Source: a virus. Taken from it: a stretch of DNA of 64,000 bases. Below, one piece after another: positions 37,429 to 46,538 of the stretch. The notes beneath the pieces are model-generated. The model was not told the origin of the DNA, did not search any database, and saw only the letters and a program-made list of their open reading frames with translations. The stretch's first letter is position 1, and each line of letters starts with the position of its first letter. The DNA lies in the IMG/VR virus record IMGVR_UViG_3300044629_000131, positions 20,027-84,026 of that record. One strand, given 5' to 3'. The translations under genes were made by a program, and so were the position numbers.

Positions 37429-38090
37429 GTAAAGTAACCCTATCTAAAAAGACTTTTGATGTCCTCAAAAATTTCTCCAGTATCAATTCCTCCATCGTAT
37501 TCCGACAGGGAAGCACAGTACGCACTATTAGCAATGCGGAGAACATCCTGGCAGCGTTCTCTAGTGAAGAAGTATTCCCTATGGACTTCGCAATTTATGA
37601 TCTCAGTCAGTTTCTTTCTGGGATCTCTCTGTTTAACAATCCTGAACTGGAGTTTTCATCTAGCGATTTTGTCAGCATCCGTGGCGGTGGTAAGTCTGCT
37701 CGCTACTATTTTTCTGATCCTGAAATCACCCTTAAGTCTGCGCCAGAAAAGAATGTAAAGTTTCCTGGTGCTGATATTCAGTTCAACATTACTGGTGAAG
37801 ATCTGCTTTCACTTCAAAAAGCATCTGCTGTTTATAGTCTTCCTGATCTGACTTTCCAGAGCGAAGACAACCAAATCAAACTCATCCTTCGTGACAAAGA
37901 GAATGATACCAGCAATACTTACGAGCAATCCATTTCTGGTGATTGTACTGGCGACTATTCACTGGATGTTAAAATTGAAAACATCCGTCTGTTCCCTGGT
38001 GATTATGTTGTCAAAGTATCTAAACATCTGATTTCGGAATGGACAAATCAAAATCTTGACCTTAAATACTACATCGCTTTGGAGCCGTAA
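37425..38090 (+). CDS. gp45: Sliding clamp gp45
   Basis: LKNFSSINSSI, FAIYDLSQFL, YYIALEP. Confidence 0.95.
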   Translation: MSKVTLSKKTFDVLKNFSSINSSIVFRQGSTVRTISNAENILAAFSSEEVFPMDFAIYDLSQFLSGISLFNNPELEFSSSDFVSIRGGGKSARYYFSDPEITLKSAPEKNVKFPGADIQFNITGEDLLSLQKASAVYSLPDLTFQSEDNQIKLILRDKENDTSNTYEQSISGDCTGDYSLDVKIENIRLFPGDYVVKVSKHLISEWTNQNLDLKYYIALEP

Positions 38091-38093
38091 CTA

Positions 38094-38429
38094 TTGAAAC
38101 ACATTCTTTTTACCCTGAAGGGGTGTGCCGCTGATGATCTAGATGATGAAGGTTTTATCAGAGATATTCTTTATCAAGCATCTATCTGGTGTAAATCTAC
38201 TTTACTAAGTTTGAAATCACATAAATTTGAACCTCAAGGTGTTACAGCTGTTGCTCTGCTTGCTGAAAGTCATATCAGCATTCACACTTGGCCAGAGAAT
38301 GGCACAGCAGTTTGTGACATCTTTACTTGTGGAGATCACACTAGACCAGAAGACGGTGTAGAATACATGCGGGCAGAATTAAATGCCACTGATATTGTGA
38401 AACAAACTATTTTGAGAGAGTTGGAATGA
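38094..38429 (+). CDS. speD: S-adenosylmethionine decarboxylase proenzyme
   Basis: HKFEPQGVT..LLAESHISIHTWPE...DIFTCG (E-S cleavage site); TTG start. Confidence 0.92.
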   Translation: MKHILFTLKGCAADDLDDEGFIRDILYQASIWCKSTLLSLKSHKFEPQGVTAVALLAESHISIHTWPENGTAVCDIFTCGDHTRPEDGVEYMRAELNATDIVKQTILRELE

Positions 38430-39370
38430 GTAAAGAGTTTTTGTGGGTTGAGAAGTATCGTCCTTCCATCGTGGAGGATTGTATCCTTCCAGAAAATATC
38501 AAAGACGTATTCAAAGGATTTGTCGCACAAGAAGAGATCCCTAACCTTTTACTTACTGGCACTGCTGGTGTCGGAAAGACCACAATTGCCAAAGCATTGT
38601 GTAATGAGATCGGGGCATCCTATATTGTCATTAACGGTTCGGACGAGGGGCGCTTCCTCGATACGGTCCGCAACCGTGTCAGGCAATTCGCCACAACTGT
38701 CTCATTGACCTCTGGTGCCTCCCACAAGGTCGTCATAATTGACGAGGCAGACAACACCACCAACGACGTTCAACTGTCCCTCAGGACCGCCGTGGAGGAG
38801 TTCCATGGCAACTGCCGCTTCATCTTCACTTGTAACTTCATCAACAAGATTATTGAACCTCTCCATTCCCGCTGTACGGTCGTGGATTTCAGGATCAAAC
38901 CAGACCAGGCAGTTCAACTTCAAGGTGAGTTCTTCACTCGCCTGAAAACTATTCTGACCCACGAACAGGTACAGTATGAAGATAAAGTCCTCGCAAAACT
39001 TGTCAAGCGATACTATCCAGACTGGCGCCGACTTATCAACGAATGTCAGCGTTATGCTGCGACTGGCGCTATCAGTTCCGCTATTCTTGTTGATGTCGCT
39101 GATGTCAATTTGGATGCTCTACTCACTTCGCTGAAGAAGAAAGAATTTACTACTGTGAAGAACTGGGTTGTTCAGCATCTTGATAATGACCCCAGCATGA
39201 TGATGCGTAAGGTTTATGACAGTCTGTATGATGTTCTTAAACCAGCTTCTATTCCCGAGGCAGTATTAATCATCGCAAAATATATGCGTGACATCACAAT
39301 TGTCCCAGATCAGGAAGTAAATATGTTAGCGTGTCTAACAGAACTGATGATGAGTTGTGAATTCAAATGA
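38426..39370 (+). CDS. gp44: Clamp loader large subunit gp44
   Basis: WVEKYRP, GTAGVGKTT, IIDEAD, SRC. Confidence 0.96.
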   Translation: MSKEFLWVEKYRPSIVEDCILPENIKDVFKGFVAQEEIPNLLLTGTAGVGKTTIAKALCNEIGASYIVINGSDEGRFLDTVRNRVRQFATTVSLTSGASHKVVIIDEADNTTNDVQLSLRTAVEEFHGNCRFIFTCNFINKIIEPLHSRCTVVDFRIKPDQAVQLQGEFFTRLKTILTHEQVQYEDKVLAKLVKRYYPDWRRLINECQRYAATGAISSAILVDVADVNLDALLTSLKKKEFTTVKNWVVQHLDNDPSMMMRKVYDSLYDVLKPASIPEAVLIIAKYMRDITIVPDQEVNMLACLTELMMSCEFK

Positions 39371-40257
39371 AAACTTGGATGCTAGCAAATCGTAAAACAA
39401 AAGAAGTTTACGAAAGAGATAGATTTTTAGAAGAAGCAGAACAACTTGGAATTGATTTCAAGATTGTCTATGCTGATGAAATTGACCTTATTGTTTCTCG
39501 TGATGACAGAAAATCAATCCGTTACCAAAATGAGATCGTTAGCCTCCCAGATGTTCTACTCGCTAGGACAGGCTCTGCTACTGGTAACTATAACTTGTCC
39601 GTCTTGCGGCAGTTCGAAAGACTGAATGTTCCTACTTTGCCAAACTCTGATGCGATCATCGCAGCAAAAGATAAGATGTATGCCAATCAGATTTTGGCAC
39701 AGGCAGGACTTCCTATTCCCAAAACCATGCTTACTCGCTTTCCAAGTGATTGTGATTTAGTTGAAAAACAAGTAGGTTTTCCTTGTGTAGTCAAAGTGAT
39801 TACTGGATCACATGGAGCTGGGGTCTATCTCTGTGAGAATAAAAAACAATTTGCTGACTTGTCAGAATTGATTTCTGCCCTAGACTTTAAGAACAGTATG
39901 ATCGTCCAAGAATATGTACAATATACAGAGGGACGTGATCTTCGTGTTATCGTTATTGGTGGCAGGGTCGTTGGTGCTATGCTTCGCCAAAGTACCGATG
40001 GATCCTTTAAAGCAAACATATCCCGTGGAGGTAAAGGAGTAGCTTATGATGTTGATGAAAAAATGGAACTACTTGCCATTCAAACAGCAAAAGTTCTTGA
40101 TCTTGACATCGCTGGTGTTGATCTTCTTTTCCACGAAGATGGATACAGGATCTGTGAAGCAAATTCCTCGCCAGGATTTTACGGTTTCGAGAACGCTTTG
40201 GGTATAAACATCCCAGGAAAAATATTTGAATATGCTAAAATGCGTTGTGGTGAATAA
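39367..40257 (+). CDS. RimK/LysX-family ATP-grasp ligase
   Basis: AKDK, GLPIPKT, VVK..GSHGAGV, IVQEYV, DLRVIVIG, FKANISRGG, GVDLL, EANSSPG. Confidence 0.9.
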   Translation: MKTWMLANRKTKEVYERDRFLEEAEQLGIDFKIVYADEIDLIVSRDDRKSIRYQNEIVSLPDVLLARTGSATGNYNLSVLRQFERLNVPTLPNSDAIIAAKDKMYANQILAQAGLPIPKTMLTRFPSDCDLVEKQVGFPCVVKVITGSHGAGVYLCENKKQFADLSELISALDFKNSMIVQEYVQYTEGRDLRVIVIGGRVVGAMLRQSTDGSFKANISRGGKGVAYDVDEKMELLAIQTAKVLDLDIAGVDLLFHEDGYRICEANSSPGFYGFENALGINIPGKIFEYAKMRCGE

Positions 40258-40496
40258 TGTTTCCAAAAATTAATAAGTGGGACCTATATGATGTCCCAGT
40301 AAAGACAACTCCTGATAATGTGAGAGAGGCAAACGAAGCTCTCTTTCGTGCTAGAATGACCCTACCTGCTGCTGCCAAACACTGTGGTATGACGCAGAAG
40401 GAAATGAAACTAACGTTCTTTGAGTATCTTAAATATCATGCCCCAGACTATGAAATCCCTGAAAACTCCATTACGTTACCCAGGGGGGAAGAGTAG
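40257..40496 (+). CDS. Small HTH-like protein
   Basis: MTLPAAAKHCGMTQKEMK. Confidence 0.6.
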   Translation: MFPKINKWDLYDVPVKTTPDNVREANEALFRARMTLPAAAKHCGMTQKEMKLTFFEYLKYHAPDYEIPENSITLPRGEE

Positions 40497-41277
40497 AGCA
40501 CTTCCTAAGATCTTTCAATACATGCCTAACCTGAAGAACTTTCATGAGTTTCGGGAACCTTTTATTGGTGGTGGATCTGTAGCACTTGAAGTGACTAAGC
40601 GGTATCCTGGCATTCAAATCTGGGTGAATGATCTGTACAATCCTCTATACACTTTCTGGTCTATCCTTCGTGATGAACCAGAAGAATTACATCGTTGTAT
40701 CAAAGGTTATAAAGAAGATTACGACACTCCAGAACTTGCTCGACAACTCTTCAATGAGATGAAGATTCAACTTAATCATCCTGAAGCAGAAGACTTCTAC
40801 CGTGCTGTTGCTTTCTACATTATCAATAAGTGTTCTTTCTCTGGTCTGACTGAAAGCTCTTCTTTCTCAGCACAAGCAAGTGTTAGTAACTTCTCTATGA
40901 ATGGTATCGAGAAGATCCCTGAGTATGGTAAGTTGATCAAAGACTGGTACATCACTAACTGGTCATACGAAGATATGCTGACCGATCAGAAAAATGTATT
41001 TGTTTATCTTGATCCTCCTTATGACATTAAGGACAACCTCTATGGGCGTAAGGGATCAATGCACAAAGGATTTGATCACGATAAGTTTGCTGCTGATTGT
41101 GATCGCCATCTTTGTCCTCAACTAGTTTCATACAACAATTCCAACCTCGTCAAGGAGCGGTTCCAGGGGTGGACAGTTGGAGAATTTGCACATACCTACA
41201 CCATGCGGTCGGTTGGGTCGTATACAATAGATCAAGCAGAACGCAAGGAACTCGTCCTTTACAACTATGAAAATTAA
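40450..41277 (+). CDS. dam: DNA adenine methyltransferase (Dam/D12 class)
   Basis: LRYPGGKS, EPFIGGGS, VND, YLDPPY. Confidence 0.92.
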   Translation: MKSLKTPLRYPGGKSRALPKIFQYMPNLKNFHEFREPFIGGGSVALEVTKRYPGIQIWVNDLYNPLYTFWSILRDEPEELHRCIKGYKEDYDTPELARQLFNEMKIQLNHPEAEDFYRAVAFYIINKCSFSGLTESSSFSAQASVSNFSMNGIEKIPEYGKLIKDWYITNWSYEDMLTDQKNVFVYLDPPYDIKDNLYGRKGSMHKGFDHDKFAADCDRHLCPQLVSYNNSNLVKERFQGWTVGEFAHTYTMRSVGSYTIDQAERKELVLYNYEN

Positions 41278-41410
41278 AGTTCAACTCTACGTTGCTGGTC
41301 GTCTCTTTGATGAGATTGTTGAGGCAGCAAACTACCAGGATGCTCGCCAGACTGCCCTTGCTCGCAATCCTACTGCTAAAGTCGTAAATGTTACTGCTGT
41401 ATTCAAATAA
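41267..41410 (+). CDS. 47-aa hypothetical protein (not in ORF track)
   Basis: MKIKVQLYVAGRLFDEIVEAANYQDARQTALARNPTAKVVNVTAVFK; coupled to both neighbours. Confidence 0.7.
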   Translation: MKIKVQLYVAGRLFDEIVEAANYQDARQTALARNPTAKVVNVTAVFK

Positions 41411-41619
41411 TGTGGCGTCTATGGTGTAAAGCACTCGGGGAAAAAGCATCCGATGATAAACGAGAAGCAGACAACATTGCTCATATACGGACTATTATAT
41501 TCTGTACTTATTTCATTACTAATTTATTCATTATCGCGGGGGTCGTAAGACACTGGAATGACATACCAACTGAAAGATTACCTATACAGCATCAATCAGT
41601 CCAAGAAAAATATTCTTGA
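41410..41619 (+). CDS. Small membrane protein
   Basis: MWRLWCKALGEKA...IRTIIF...TNLFIIAGVVRHW. Confidence 0.65.
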   Translation: MWRLWCKALGEKASDDKREADNIAHIRTIIFCTYFITNLFIIAGVVRHWNDIPTERLPIQHQSVQEKYS

Positions 41620-41944
41620 AGATGATGTTGATGCTGAGAAAGCATATCCACCTTATATTATTAATCGCTGCCTGAGTTCATTCACAGATACAATCTTGTT
41701 TGTGAACGAGATGAACAAGAATTGTCATCTTCCAAAAAAGCTTCAATATGATTTTCTTCTAAATAGTATCAAACCAAGGAAAAGATTTTCTCCTTGGGCG
41801 AAAAAAGATTCTATTGATTATCTTGAAGTAGTCAAAGAGTATTATGGTTATAATGACGATAAAGCACTCCAGGCACTCAGGGTTCTCACCAAGGATCAGT
41901 TAGATCATATTACAAAGGTACTGAATAAAGGTGGAAGAAAATGA
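41558..41944 (+). CDS. gp62: Clamp loader small subunit gp62
   Basis: YPPYIINRCLS, QYDF, KRFSPW, VKEYYGY. Confidence 0.92.
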   Translation: MTYQLKDYLYSINQSKKNILEDDVDAEKAYPPYIINRCLSSFTDTILFVNEMNKNCHLPKKLQYDFLLNSIKPRKRFSPWAKKDSIDYLEVVKEYYGYNDDKALQALRVLTKDQLDHITKVLNKGGRK

Positions 41945-42363
41945 GTGTTGAAACTGAAATCCAGTGGAAGCAAGCTGACATGGTAGAAGTCATTCTGAAC
42001 GAACCAGATGACTTCTTAAAAGTGAGGGAAACCCTGACAAGAATTGGTGTAGCTTCTCGTAAAGAAAAGAAGATCTATCAATCTTGTCACATTCTGCATA
42101 AGCAGGGTAAGTACTATATTGTTCATTTCAAGGAGTTGTTTGCTCTTGATGGAAAGAACACCAATCTTTCACTGAATGATGTACAACGCCGCAATCGTAT
42201 TATTCAACTGTTGAGTGACTGGGGATTAATTACGATCGTAACTCCAGAAAAGATTGCTGATCTTGCTCCACTAAATCAAATCAAGGTGCTTGCTTTCAAA
42301 GAAAAAGATGAATGGACTTTGGAAAGCAAATATAATATTGGAAGAAAAAAATCGGTTGAGTAA
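41941..42363 (+). CDS. regA: Translational repressor RegA
   Basis: DDFLKVRETLTRIG, QSCHILHKQG.YYIVHFKELF. Confidence 0.97.
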   Translation: MSVETEIQWKQADMVEVILNEPDDFLKVRETLTRIGVASRKEKKIYQSCHILHKQGKYYIVHFKELFALDGKNTNLSLNDVQRRNRIIQLLSDWGLITIVTPEKIADLAPLNQIKVLAFKEKDEWTLESKYNIGRKKSVE

Positions 42364-42375
42364 ACCGTAGTATTC

Positions 42376-42403
42376 ATGGGGGTTTTCATCACCCCCATTT
42401 TTT
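42376..42403 (+). terminator. Intrinsic terminator after regA
   Basis: ATGGGGG/CCCCCAT stem plus T-run. Confidence 0.75.
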
Positions 42404-42469
42404 ATGCGAAGTGTATAATTATTATTGTGATGCCTTACGGGTCACATGTAAACGTCGCTTTTTAGGACA

Positions 42470-42874
42470 ATGGTAACATTTAATTTAGAAACATATACCC
42501 CCTATTCAATTGGTTTTGATGAAACATTCAGAAGACTGGAAGCTATTGCAGGAAATGGATCTAGTTATCCTCCGTACAATGTGGTTAACGGAGACGATGG
42601 CAGAACCATACTTGAGGTCGCTCTGGCTGGATTTACAAGTGAAGATATTGAAGTCACGACTGAACGACATCTTCTGACGGTATCAGCAAATAAATCAAAA
42701 GAAGATAAAGAACGCAAATATCAGCACAAGGGAATTTCTCAAAGATCATTTACTCGCAACTGGGAAATGTCAGAAGACGTTGAAGTAGAGAGTGTTGAAT
42801 TTAAAGATGGTTTATTGAGTATTGTGTTGAGGAAAGAACTTCCAGAGAAACAGAAAAGGAAGAAGTGGTTCTAA
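42470..42874 (+). CDS. hsp20: Small heat-shock protein Hsp20
   Basis: YPPYNV, LEVALAGF, HKGISQRSF, DGLLSI.L....PE. Confidence 0.95.
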   Translation: MVTFNLETYTPYSIGFDETFRRLEAIAGNGSSYPPYNVVNGDDGRTILEVALAGFTSEDIEVTTERHLLTVSANKSKEDKERKYQHKGISQRSFTRNWEMSEDVEVESVEFKDGLLSIVLRKELPEKQKRKKWF

Positions 42875-42880
42875 ATATTC

Positions 42881-42916
42881 GGGGCACTTGACGGTGCCCC
42901 TTTTTGATGCTAAACT
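42881..42916 (+). terminator. Terminator whose loop is the -35 box of a sigma70 promoter
   Basis: GGGGCAC-TTGACG-GTGCCCC-T5; TTGACG-N17-TAAACT. Confidence 0.75.
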
Positions 42917-42938
42917 AATATCAAACATATAATATCCT

Positions 42939-43286
42939 ATGGCAGTATCAATCGTTACACTAAAGACGGGTGATCGTGTCATCACTGAACTTAAAGAAGT
43001 CTTCGATGGTGAAGATGATAATAAAAAAGGTATTTGTCTTTTGATGGAAGAACCTTATGTTTTAAGTCTTGATGGCGCCACCCCACAATTTCTAACAGAA
43101 GCACATGGTATGGAATATCAGGTTCGCTTTAGTAAGTGGAATCCATATTCTCCAGATACAATGTTTAAAATTCCGTATGATTGTATTATGACAATCAGTA
43201 GTCCAGAACCTGGATTACAAAAAGCCTATGAAAATAAAATTACTCAAAAGAGGGAACTAGGAAATGGATCTGAAAACCAATCATAA
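42939..43286 (+). CDS. Sm-like hypothetical protein, paralog 1
   Basis: VTLKTGDRVITEL...P...FSKWNPYS. Confidence 0.7.
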   Translation: MAVSIVTLKTGDRVITELKEVFDGEDDNKKGICLLMEEPYVLSLDGATPQFLTEAHGMEYQVRFSKWNPYSPDTMFKIPYDCIMTISSPEPGLQKAYENKITQKRELGNGSENQS

Positions 43287-43650
43287 TATTCGTATTGTTA
43301 CACTAGTAACATCTGAACGCATTCTATGTTTGTTTGGAGAAGTTCGCAGTGAAGAAGATAAAGTGATTGGATACAAATTGGTATATCCTTTTGTTCTAAC
43401 TCTTTCTGATCCAAATGAAGATGGAACCATTCCAATTTCTTACAAACGTTGGTGTCCATATAGTCCCATCGAAGAACATCGTATTAGCGGAGATCATATT
43501 ATTAGCGTTGTTTATCCAGATAATAATATCCTTGATAACTATATCAACAAATTATCAGAAGCTGGAATTACAGAAGATCAATTATTTTATGAAGTAAAGG
43601 AAGAACAACCAAATGGAGATAGCAGCGAACCTACTGAAGCTGGCGAATGA
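43264..43650 (+). CDS. Sm-like hypothetical protein, paralog 2
   Basis: VTLVTSERILC...P...YKRWCPYS. Confidence 0.7.
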   Translation: MDLKTNHNIRIVTLVTSERILCLFGEVRSEEDKVIGYKLVYPFVLTLSDPNEDGTIPISYKRWCPYSPIEEHRISGDHIISVVYPDNNILDNYINKLSEAGITEDQLFYEVKEEQPNGDSSEPTEAGE

Positions 43651-43885
43651 GTGGATCATCGCGCAGGTCGAAGAGATTGAGGGTGCCACTTCGATAGGTG
43701 ACCCCGATTGTGTCCTACGCGATCCATACGTGGTAGAATGTGATGGGGAGATCAACCAATGGCCTCCCCATTCAAATGATCGTGAGGTGATCGTTAGGTC
43801 TTCTGACATCACCACACTTGTCAATCCAAGCACCAAACTTCTTGCTGCTTATCTACTTAAAGTTGATCCGCCAAAATCTGAATGA
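43613..43885 (+). CDS. Sm-like hypothetical protein, paralog 3
   Basis: LLKLANEWIIAQVEE...DPY...QWPPHS...TLVNP. Confidence 0.65.
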   Translation: MEIAANLLKLANEWIIAQVEEIEGATSIGDPDCVLRDPYVVECDGEINQWPPHSNDREVIVRSSDITTLVNPSTKLLAAYLLKVDPPKSE

Positions 43886-46371
43886 AGTTTTATACTAATG
43901 TTGAACAAGCTGGCAACCGTTTGCTAGTCCGTGGTTATGAAAATGGCAATCGCTACAGCGTGAAGGTTCCCTTCAACCCCACGCTGTACTTGCCTACAAA
44001 GAACTATTCTGAATGGCGCACTCTTGAGGGAGATTGTGTGGAACCACATAAGTTTGGTTCTATTACTGAGGCACGAGATTTTGTAAAGCAATACAAAGAA
44101 GTAGAAGACTTTGAGATCTATGGCAATACTAGATTTCTTTATCAATACATTGCTGAAGAACACCCAGAGGAAGAAGTCAAGTTTGACAGCAGTAAGATCC
44201 GTGTATTTACGATTGACATTGAAACCGCTGCCGAAAACGGTTTCCCTGACATTGAAACTGCCGATCAGGAGATCCTTGCCATCTCTATCAAAGACAGCTT
44301 CACTGGTCGAATTACTGTGTTCGGGGCACGACCATTCAATAACAAAGATCCCATGGTGGACTACATGCATTTCCGCCATGAAGAAAGCATGTTGGGAGCA
44401 TTCCTCGAATTCTGGCAAGCAAACTTTCCAGATGTGATTACTGGTTGGAACGTACAGTTGTTTGACATGCCGTACATCCACAATCGCATTGATCGTATCC
44501 TCGGGGAAAAATTTACAAAGGTTCTTTCTCCATGGAAACTTGTATCAAAGCGTGAGATCTTCATCAAAGGTCGCAAGCAGTTTGCGATTGATACTCTTGG
44601 CATCTCCACGCTAGACTATCTTGAGTTGTATAAGAAATTTACTTATACAAATCAGGAGAGTTACCGTTTGGATCATATCTGTAACGTAGAACTTGGTGCC
44701 AAGAAACTGGATCACAGTGAGTTTGATACCTTCAAAGAGTTCTATGAGAATGACTGGCAGAAGTTTATTGAATATAACATTCATGACGTTCGCCTGGTGG
44801 ATCAACTAGACGACAAGATGAAGTTGCTCGAACTTGCGTTCACTATGGCATATGACGCCAAGGTGAATTATGAAGATGTGTTTAGTCAAGTTCGGATGTG
44901 GGATAACTACATATATGTGGAGCTATTGAAACGTAAAGTCGCTATTCCTCCCAAGAAAGAAGCAACTAAAACGGAGAAGTATGCGGGGGCATATGTTAAG
45001 GAACCGATACCTGGGTTTTACAATTGGGTGGTCAGTTTTGATCTCAATAGTCTGTATCCTCATCTTATTATGCAGTACAACATCTCGCCAGAGACACTCA
45101 CCGAACGGCGCCATCCCAGCGCAAATGTTGAAGGGTTCCTGAATAAAGAGATTGAACTGGATACTGAGTATTGTGTTGCCGCTAACGGCGCACAGTATCG
45201 TAAAGACATTCATGGTTTCCTGCCTCAGATGATGCAGAAAATGTATGATGGTCGTGTCATCTACAAGAAGAAAATGCTTGCTGCCAAACAGCAGTATGAG
45301 AAGACACCTACCGTGGAACTCATGAAGGATATTGCCAGATACAATAACATTCAGATGGCAAAGAAGATTTCTCTGAACTCTGCTTATGGTGCTATTGGTA
45401 ACGAGCACTTCCGTTATTACAAGTTGGCAAATGCTGAAGCGATCACTTTGTCTGGTCAGCTCTCTATCCGTTGGATTGAGAACAAAATGAACCAGTATCT
45501 AAATAAGGTGTTGAAGACTGGTGACGTTGATTATGTGATTGCTTCTGATACTGATAGCATCTATCTGTGTCTTGATGCTCTTGTTCAAAATGTCTTTGGT
45601 GATAAATTGCCAGAGAAAGCAAAGATTGTTTCTTTTCTGGATAAAGCATGTCAGTCACAGATTGAACCTTTTATTGAAAAGTCCTATCAAGAACTGGCAG
45701 ATTATGTGAATGCTTATGATCAGAAGATGCAGATGAAACGGGAGAATATTGCCGACCGTGGCATCTGGACAGCAAAGAAGCGTTACATTTTGAATGTATG
45801 GGATAGCGAAGGTGTGCGATATGCCGATCCCAAGATGAAAATTATGGGACTTGAAACTGCTAGGTCTTCTACACCAGCATATTTCCGAGACAAATTATAT
45901 GAAGCCTTCAAAATCATTATCGGCAAAACAAATGATGAACTCATCAGTTTCATCAATGATGTCCGCAATGAAACCAGAAAGCGACCCTACAACGAAGTTG
46001 CTTTCCCCAGAGGCGTCAACAATTTGGCAAAGTATAGACACCCCCACGAAATCTACCAGAAGGCAACCCCCATTCATGTAAGGGGAGCACTACTCTATAA
46101 TCATTACATCAAGAAGTACAATATTGAGAACAAACATCCTCTTATTCAAGAGGGTGAGAAAATCAAGTTCATGTATTTGAAAACTCCTAATCCAATTCAT
46201 GAGAACTGTATTAGTTTCTTTGGTGACCTTCCCCAGGAGTTTGGACTGGAGAAGTACGTGGATTATCAGACACAATTTGAAAAGTCGTTCCTCGAACCTC
46301 TCAAAAATGTGCTACAATGTATTGGATGGACACACGAGAAAAAAATTTCTATCGGGAGTTTCTTTGAATGA
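43882..46371 (+). CDS. gp43: Family B DNA polymerase gp43
   Basis: DIET exonuclease, SFDLNSLYP, KISLNSAYG, SDTDS. Confidence 0.98.
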   Translation: MKFYTNVEQAGNRLLVRGYENGNRYSVKVPFNPTLYLPTKNYSEWRTLEGDCVEPHKFGSITEARDFVKQYKEVEDFEIYGNTRFLYQYIAEEHPEEEVKFDSSKIRVFTIDIETAAENGFPDIETADQEILAISIKDSFTGRITVFGARPFNNKDPMVDYMHFRHEESMLGAFLEFWQANFPDVITGWNVQLFDMPYIHNRIDRILGEKFTKVLSPWKLVSKREIFIKGRKQFAIDTLGISTLDYLELYKKFTYTNQESYRLDHICNVELGAKKLDHSEFDTFKEFYENDWQKFIEYNIHDVRLVDQLDDKMKLLELAFTMAYDAKVNYEDVFSQVRMWDNYIYVELLKRKVAIPPKKEATKTEKYAGAYVKEPIPGFYNWVVSFDLNSLYPHLIMQYNISPETLTERRHPSANVEGFLNKEIELDTEYCVAANGAQYRKDIHGFLPQMMQKMYDGRVIYKKKMLAAKQQYEKTPTVELMKDIARYNNIQMAKKISLNSAYGAIGNEHFRYYKLANAEAITLSGQLSIRWIENKMNQYLNKVLKTGDVDYVIASDTDSIYLCLDALVQNVFGDKLPEKAKIVSFLDKACQSQIEPFIEKSYQELADYVNAYDQKMQMKRENIADRGIWTAKKRYILNVWDSEGVRYADPKMKIMGLETARSSTPAYFRDKLYEAFKIIIGKTNDELISFINDVRNETRKRPYNEVAFPRGVNNLAKYRHPHEIYQKATPIHVRGALLYNHYIKKYNIENKHPLIQEGEKIKFMYLKTPNPIHENCISFFGDLPQEFGLEKYVDYQTQFEKSFLEPLKNVLQCIGWTHEKKISIGSFFE

Positions 46372-46538
46372 ATGTCTGGGTTGTGAGTTGGACCAATCAT
46401 GTTGTAGGGCAGATTGGTCCAGATAACATCAAATGTTTTGACGAGTATGAGACCGCCAGGGCATTTGCTAAACTGATGAGTAACAATTACTCGTATGTAA
46501 ACATGTATGAAGATGAGGTAAAACAATGGGATTCCTAG
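46368..46538 (+). CDS. 56-aa hypothetical protein (not in ORF track)
   Basis: ATGA overlap with gp43 stop; [14 protein letters not shown]...[14 protein letters not shown]. Confidence 0.55.
   Translation: MNVWVVSWTNHVVGQIGPDNIKCFDEYETARAFAKLMSNNYSYVNMYEDEVKQWDS

Noticed and set aside
40470-40496. C-terminal ...RGEE of the gene next to the RimK-like ligase as an S6-like substrate
   Set aside because: The EE arises from overlap with the conserved Dam YPGGKS codons in another frame.
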